In this document: piece by piece, positions 59,600 to 64,000 of the stretch
Layout of the letters: every line of letters starts with the position of its first letter
Position numbering within the stretch: the first letter of the stretch is position 1
Origin: Gnetum montanum
Lineage: Eukaryota; Plantae; Gnetophyta
Direction of reading: 5' to 3'
DNA: 64,000 nt
NCBI GenBank assembly: GCA_015680685.1
Contig: MNCI01003484.1
Coordinates: 1,052,918-1,116,917 of the forward strand
Notes under the pieces: generated by a model
Seen by the model: only the letters and a program-made list of their open reading frames with translations
Database searches by the model: none
What the model was told of the DNA's origin: nothing
Made by a program: the position numbers and the translations under genes

Positions 59600-62500
59600 G
59601 GGTTCTTTCTAAATTTTAAAAGATTAGGAAACAAGTAAGGTCTACTTTGCACAATTTTGTATTTGTCATCACCTTCACTAATGATGTTAAATGGGAGTTC
59701 ATCCCATGACACATCTTGTTGTCCATCGTTGTTATTATTGGCTTTTTGTTCTCTCTCAAGCTATTGGGTTTTTTGATTAGGGGTTTCTTGTTGAAACTCT
59801 ACTTTGAACTTCTACTCTATGTCCACATTGTTAATAGTTAGGGGCACTACATTATCATCATGAATGATGATCTCATCTCCCTCATAAGGAAGGTGAAACT
59901 CCTAGTAGATGGAAGAAGACATAGCTCATAACTGAGCCAACCAAGGTCTTCCTAGGATAAGGTTAAACCCAGTTGTCTCCTCCACCACCAAGAAATTCAC
60001 AATTTTAAGGAGTTTCTCCCCTGCCACAAACTCTAAGGAGATGGACCCCTTGATAGTAACCCTCAATCTATTGAAAGACTTGAGAGCAACTATTGATGTT
60101 TGTTGTATTTTCTCTATCAAGCCTAATCATTCAACAATGATGTATGGAATGATGTTAGTAGTCACACCATCATCTACATGTACCCAATGCACCTTGAACT
60201 GCATTATGTGTATGGTTATGAACAGAGGAGCCTTGGTAATTTTTCCACTCTAGGGATTAGCCTTAATTTTTCTATCATGAAATATTAGGGGTGTTGACTT
60301 CCCCTCCCTAGGTATGGGAGGAACCATCACTACATGGATGGATTCCTCATTAGTGGGGATATCCTCACTAATAAGGATATAATTCAACACTTTGACTAAC
60401 ACCTCATAATATGTGGCAAAAGTCATGATCAAGTCATACAAGCCTAGAGTAATGTTCTTTTGCTTAAGAAATTATCTTACTTGATCTATTGCATTGAAGA
60501 AGGTTTTTTCATTAGTCGCGGGCTTATTGCCCCAATTGTGCATCACTTTCTCCATGACCCCAAAATGCATACTTCAATCTTAGGTTGTGATTGTTGGGGC
60601 TTCTCCTAATTCTTCTAGCCATGAGCTTTGGGATCCCCCTATTGTTTAGAGTGGGTTGGGCAAAGGAGGTCATGGATATAGTTGATATGGGAGTAGGCTA
60701 TGGTGGGCCCACTTCCTTCCATACCATTGTCTACTTATCACCCTTATTGTTAGGCTTTTTCTTTTGCTTCTTCCTTGGCTTGTTTGGAGCTTTTTCGTTG
60801 TCAGTTGTTGGTTGTGAGGAAGATGCAATAGCATTGTCCACCACAAGAGGTTGTTCGGTGATTTTATCAATCAGTGAGGCTATGGCTGGTTGGGCTATGG
60901 TGGGCTAGGTCACCCTAATGATAAATGGTTTCCTATGAGGCACTTCTAACAACACCCTTATGATAAAAGAGGATCTTCAACTAGTGGGAGTCAAAGAGGC
61001 CCTTTCACCATAATGGGGTATGCAAATCACAAATGGTTCTCTTGAGGATCTCTAATTATCATCTACGTTGAATGCTAATATGATATATGTAGTGTTGTTA
61101 GCATTCAATGAGTCTTTGTACACCTGCATCAATTGGTTTTGAGATCAGACAAGATTGGATGCATCTAGAACCATCTCTCCTATATCTATCATCTTATGCA
61201 AGTCATCCTTCAATGTAAGGTAGAAGTCTGTGTCATACCGGGTAGTTCATGATAGTGGAAAAAGTGATCTATATTGAAGTATTTAGGTAGTGGTAGGTCA
61301 TCTTTCATTACTCTGGTGAGGTCCTTGTCTATTTCACAAAGTTTATCATGTTTCTTTCAGGAAGCTTTACACATCTATTTGTATTGGATATGCCCACTTT
61401 TCAAAACTTGATCTAACAACTCTTATGGTTTTAATGGTAGTGAAGTGTATTTGGACCTATCCTTCATTTCAAAATTAGGTTTGGTCATTGTCAGTGTAAT
61501 TACCCAAGAGGCTAAAGGTTGGTTATCATGGTTATTATTAGTGGGGACCTTGGGTGGGTTGGTCCTTGATCCTTGGTTAGTGGTCTGGGCCTCCTTAGTC
61601 ACAGTTTCTACAATCATGTTGATATGTTTGCCCTTCTCCTTGTCTCTTTGCATATGTTGATTTTTGTATGCTACATAGGGTAGGTCATAACTATCCTCTG
61701 CAACATCTTCTATATTCTTGGTCTAGGAGAATGCTTGGCTAAGTGACTGCAGATCAAGGTGGTAAATTTTAGGCCTAATAAAGTCATTAACTATCCCCTT
61801 AAATATACCCAAAAAGTGAGTTTCAACTATGGGCTCTGGTATTTCGTTCAGGAGTCCATTCCATCATTGGGTGAACTTTTGTATGGGTTCAAGAGGTCCC
61901 TACTTGAACTTCATGAGTTGGTCAAGCATGGTGTCGACCTTCAAGTTATACTTGAAGCAATTAATAAACTAATATATCAAGTCCTCAAGGGAGGATATGG
62001 ACCCTCTAGGTAATGTGCGATAACAATCAAATGCTTTCCCAGTCAAGGACATGGGAAAAATCTTCATGATGGTATGAGGCCATGGTTACAATAACAAGTA
62101 CTTAGATCTAAAGGTTATAAGGTGAGCATTAGGACCATCTTCTCCATTATATTTACTAAATTGGGGGACAGGGACACTAGGAGGAAGTATCAAAGGTGGG
62201 ACCATAGGACTAATAGGATCATCCTAGTAGAAGTCCATGATTTTTACACTTTGGGACATAGAGGCTTTAAGCCTCTTTAACCCCTCTACAATGATCCCAT
62301 TGGTTGTGAGGCTTGCACATATGGTTGTGACTTCTTTTGTGAGGCTTGTGGCCTCACTATGGGTTGTATGATAGAAGGAAGGGATTACATTATGGTTGTG
62401 GCTTATGAGCTAAACAGAGAAAAAGATGTTTGTGCTAGTACTTGAGGCAAAAATGAGATAAGGGGGTATATGACCCTTTTGTTGCTTGGGGACTCATAGT

Positions 62501-63200
62501 GGGTTCCATATGAGTAGTTAGCAAACTTGTAATGGTAAAAACCACCATCGATGATTTTATATATTGTAATTATGTTGTAAATGACATTGATGTGTTATGA
62601 TTTGTTATTTATGACATTGGCCAAGTTTGATGTGTGGGTATAACAAGTGTGGGATATATTTTAGTAAGGTAGGAAGGAGTGGAAGATGGTGACACCATGC
62701 CCATGGAGAAAACAAAGGCATTAGAGGAAGGTGTTGTGACCTTGAGGGATGTTTGTTGGAACAGTCCTCCCAGGATGTTTTCAGGCTTAAATTCTACCTT
62801 AAATTCATCCTCCTCTTTCTATTGTTCCTCATAGCTATGCTTGTCATCTTTCTCTTCCACAACAATCATTTAGGCTAGGATGCTAGCATAGATGTCATTA
62901 AGGGGAATTTGGTCATACGAGGAAGGGATGTACTCTTTCCCACTCTTGTGTATGAGCTTAAACTCCCTCTTGGCCTGGGCCTCAATTCATGGAATTAGCA
63001 TGGATTCCTATATTTTAACACAAATGAAGTTATAACAATCTTCATTTATGGTTGCAAAATTAGGACTCTCCCCTCTAACCATCAAAGATCACCTACACTC
63101 AAATGATGGTAGGGTCTTTGGGGTCATAGACCCTCACAGCCTATTAATATTACCTACTGATGTCAATACAGTTGTAAGGCCATTTAGTTGATCATAGGAG
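59600..63200 (-). pseudogene. gag: gag-protease of B2; ends approximate
   Basis: YNFICVKI..LIHKSGKEYIPSSYD (B1 has YNFICVKI..LIHKGGHEFIPSPYD); PISPMVPPLILP; SLTGKAFD; protease VHVDDGVTTN; FNLILGRPWL. Confidence 0.85.
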
Positions 63201-63279
63201 AGACATGGTTATTTTAATGAGAAATTCTCAAGATAGGCTATGAAAAGCAAAAAAATGAAAGTAGGTTCAAAAGCAATCA

Positions 63280-63835
63280 AAGGAAGAAAAATGGTCAAAA
63301 TGGGATACTTACTAAAAATAGCAAGTAGGGGGTAAGAGGAAGTATACTCCTTTACCCAAAATGGAAAGGTACAAAGGTGATAGCAAACTTTACCCACACT
63401 AACCTTCTAACTATCATGCTTCTTGATGCTCACACTAGCTTCCTAGCTATCATACCCCTAGGTGTGAAAGGGGGAAAGAGAGGATAAGATGGGGGGATCT
63501 CACATCTTACAAAGCCAACATTGATAAAAGGGAATGAAAGATATTATAGGTGTGGAGAAAAGGATGTAAATTTTGATAGTTGGGATTGCTATAAAGTTTA
63601 AATCTAGTGAAAATAGGAAAAAATGATCAAAAATAGATTACTTATCATAAGTAGTAAGTGGAGGGTAAGGGGTGTTTACCCTTTACCAGAAATGGTAAGC
63701 TAAGAATGTTGGGATCAAGCTTCACCCACGTTGGCCTCCTAGCTATCACACCCCCAAGTGTGGTAGGGGGAAAGAGAGGGTGAGATGGGGGGATCTCACA
63801 CCTTCTAAAACCAACATTGGTAAAGGAAGGGAAAG
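63280..63835. repeat. Imperfect direct repeat in the B2 5' leader
   Basis: CCTAGCTATCA.ACCCC.A.GTGTG..AGGGGGAAAGAGAGG.T.AGATGGGGGGATCTCACA occurs at ~63442 and ~63737. Confidence 0.8.
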
Positions 63836-64000
63836 TGTGGTAGAAAAAATAGAAACCTAAGACTTTCTTAAAATGGTTTTAAAAAATGTCAAATTCAACC
63901 ACCAAGAAGGGGAAAGTACTTTTGGTTGGTAATGATGGAACTATTTGTTTTGTTATGTAGATTATGGCCAAGGTTAAATGTTGGTATGTAGGTGTTCAAC

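Larger units (their letters stand above)
43946..64000 (-). mobile_element. Tat/Ogre-type element B2 (leader, gag-PR, ~10-kb spacer with antisense gene, RT-RH-aRH-INT, 3' UTR, 3' LTR); left boundary uncertain, continues right of the window
   Basis: Gag, PR, RT and antisense gene are all homologous and collinear with B1. Confidence 0.82.

Noticed and set aside
590-63397. Numerous short 60-130 aa ORFs on shadow frames
   Set aside because: They overlap recognised TE domains in other frames or strands, or lie in LTRs, and show no motifs.

Overview
This is a gene-free, heavily mutated plant heterochromatin block made almost entirely of nested LTR retrotransposons; I see no intact host gene or RNA gene. 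Four Athila-like Ty3/gypsy copies share TGATGA..TCATCA LTR ends: A (<1-2506, minus, youngest), C (15548-28509, plus), D (28510-38457, plus) and E (38458-~41380, minus). There is also a truncated SIRE-type Ty1/copia (32237-34271, minus) and two diverged Tat/Ogre-type gypsy copies, B1 (2507-15547, minus) and B2 (~43946->64000, minus). The junctions imply A inserted into B1, B1 into C, C into D and D into E, with the SIRE also inside D. The standout feature is shared by B1 and B2. Gag-protease and RT are separated by a 6-10 kb intron-like spacer holding an 8-exon ANTISENSE gene with matching exon layout. Its predicted protein has an FCP1/NIF (HAD)-like domain lacking the catalytic DxDxT motif, a plant-transposon accessory domain and a coiled coil. 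The same elements carry arrays of a covarying 4-bp-stem/6-nt-loop hairpin followed by UUAAAYU at three equivalent positions, plus AGCGTG motif arrays. Domain and lineage calls come from motif recognition by eye and need HMM or structure confirmation.
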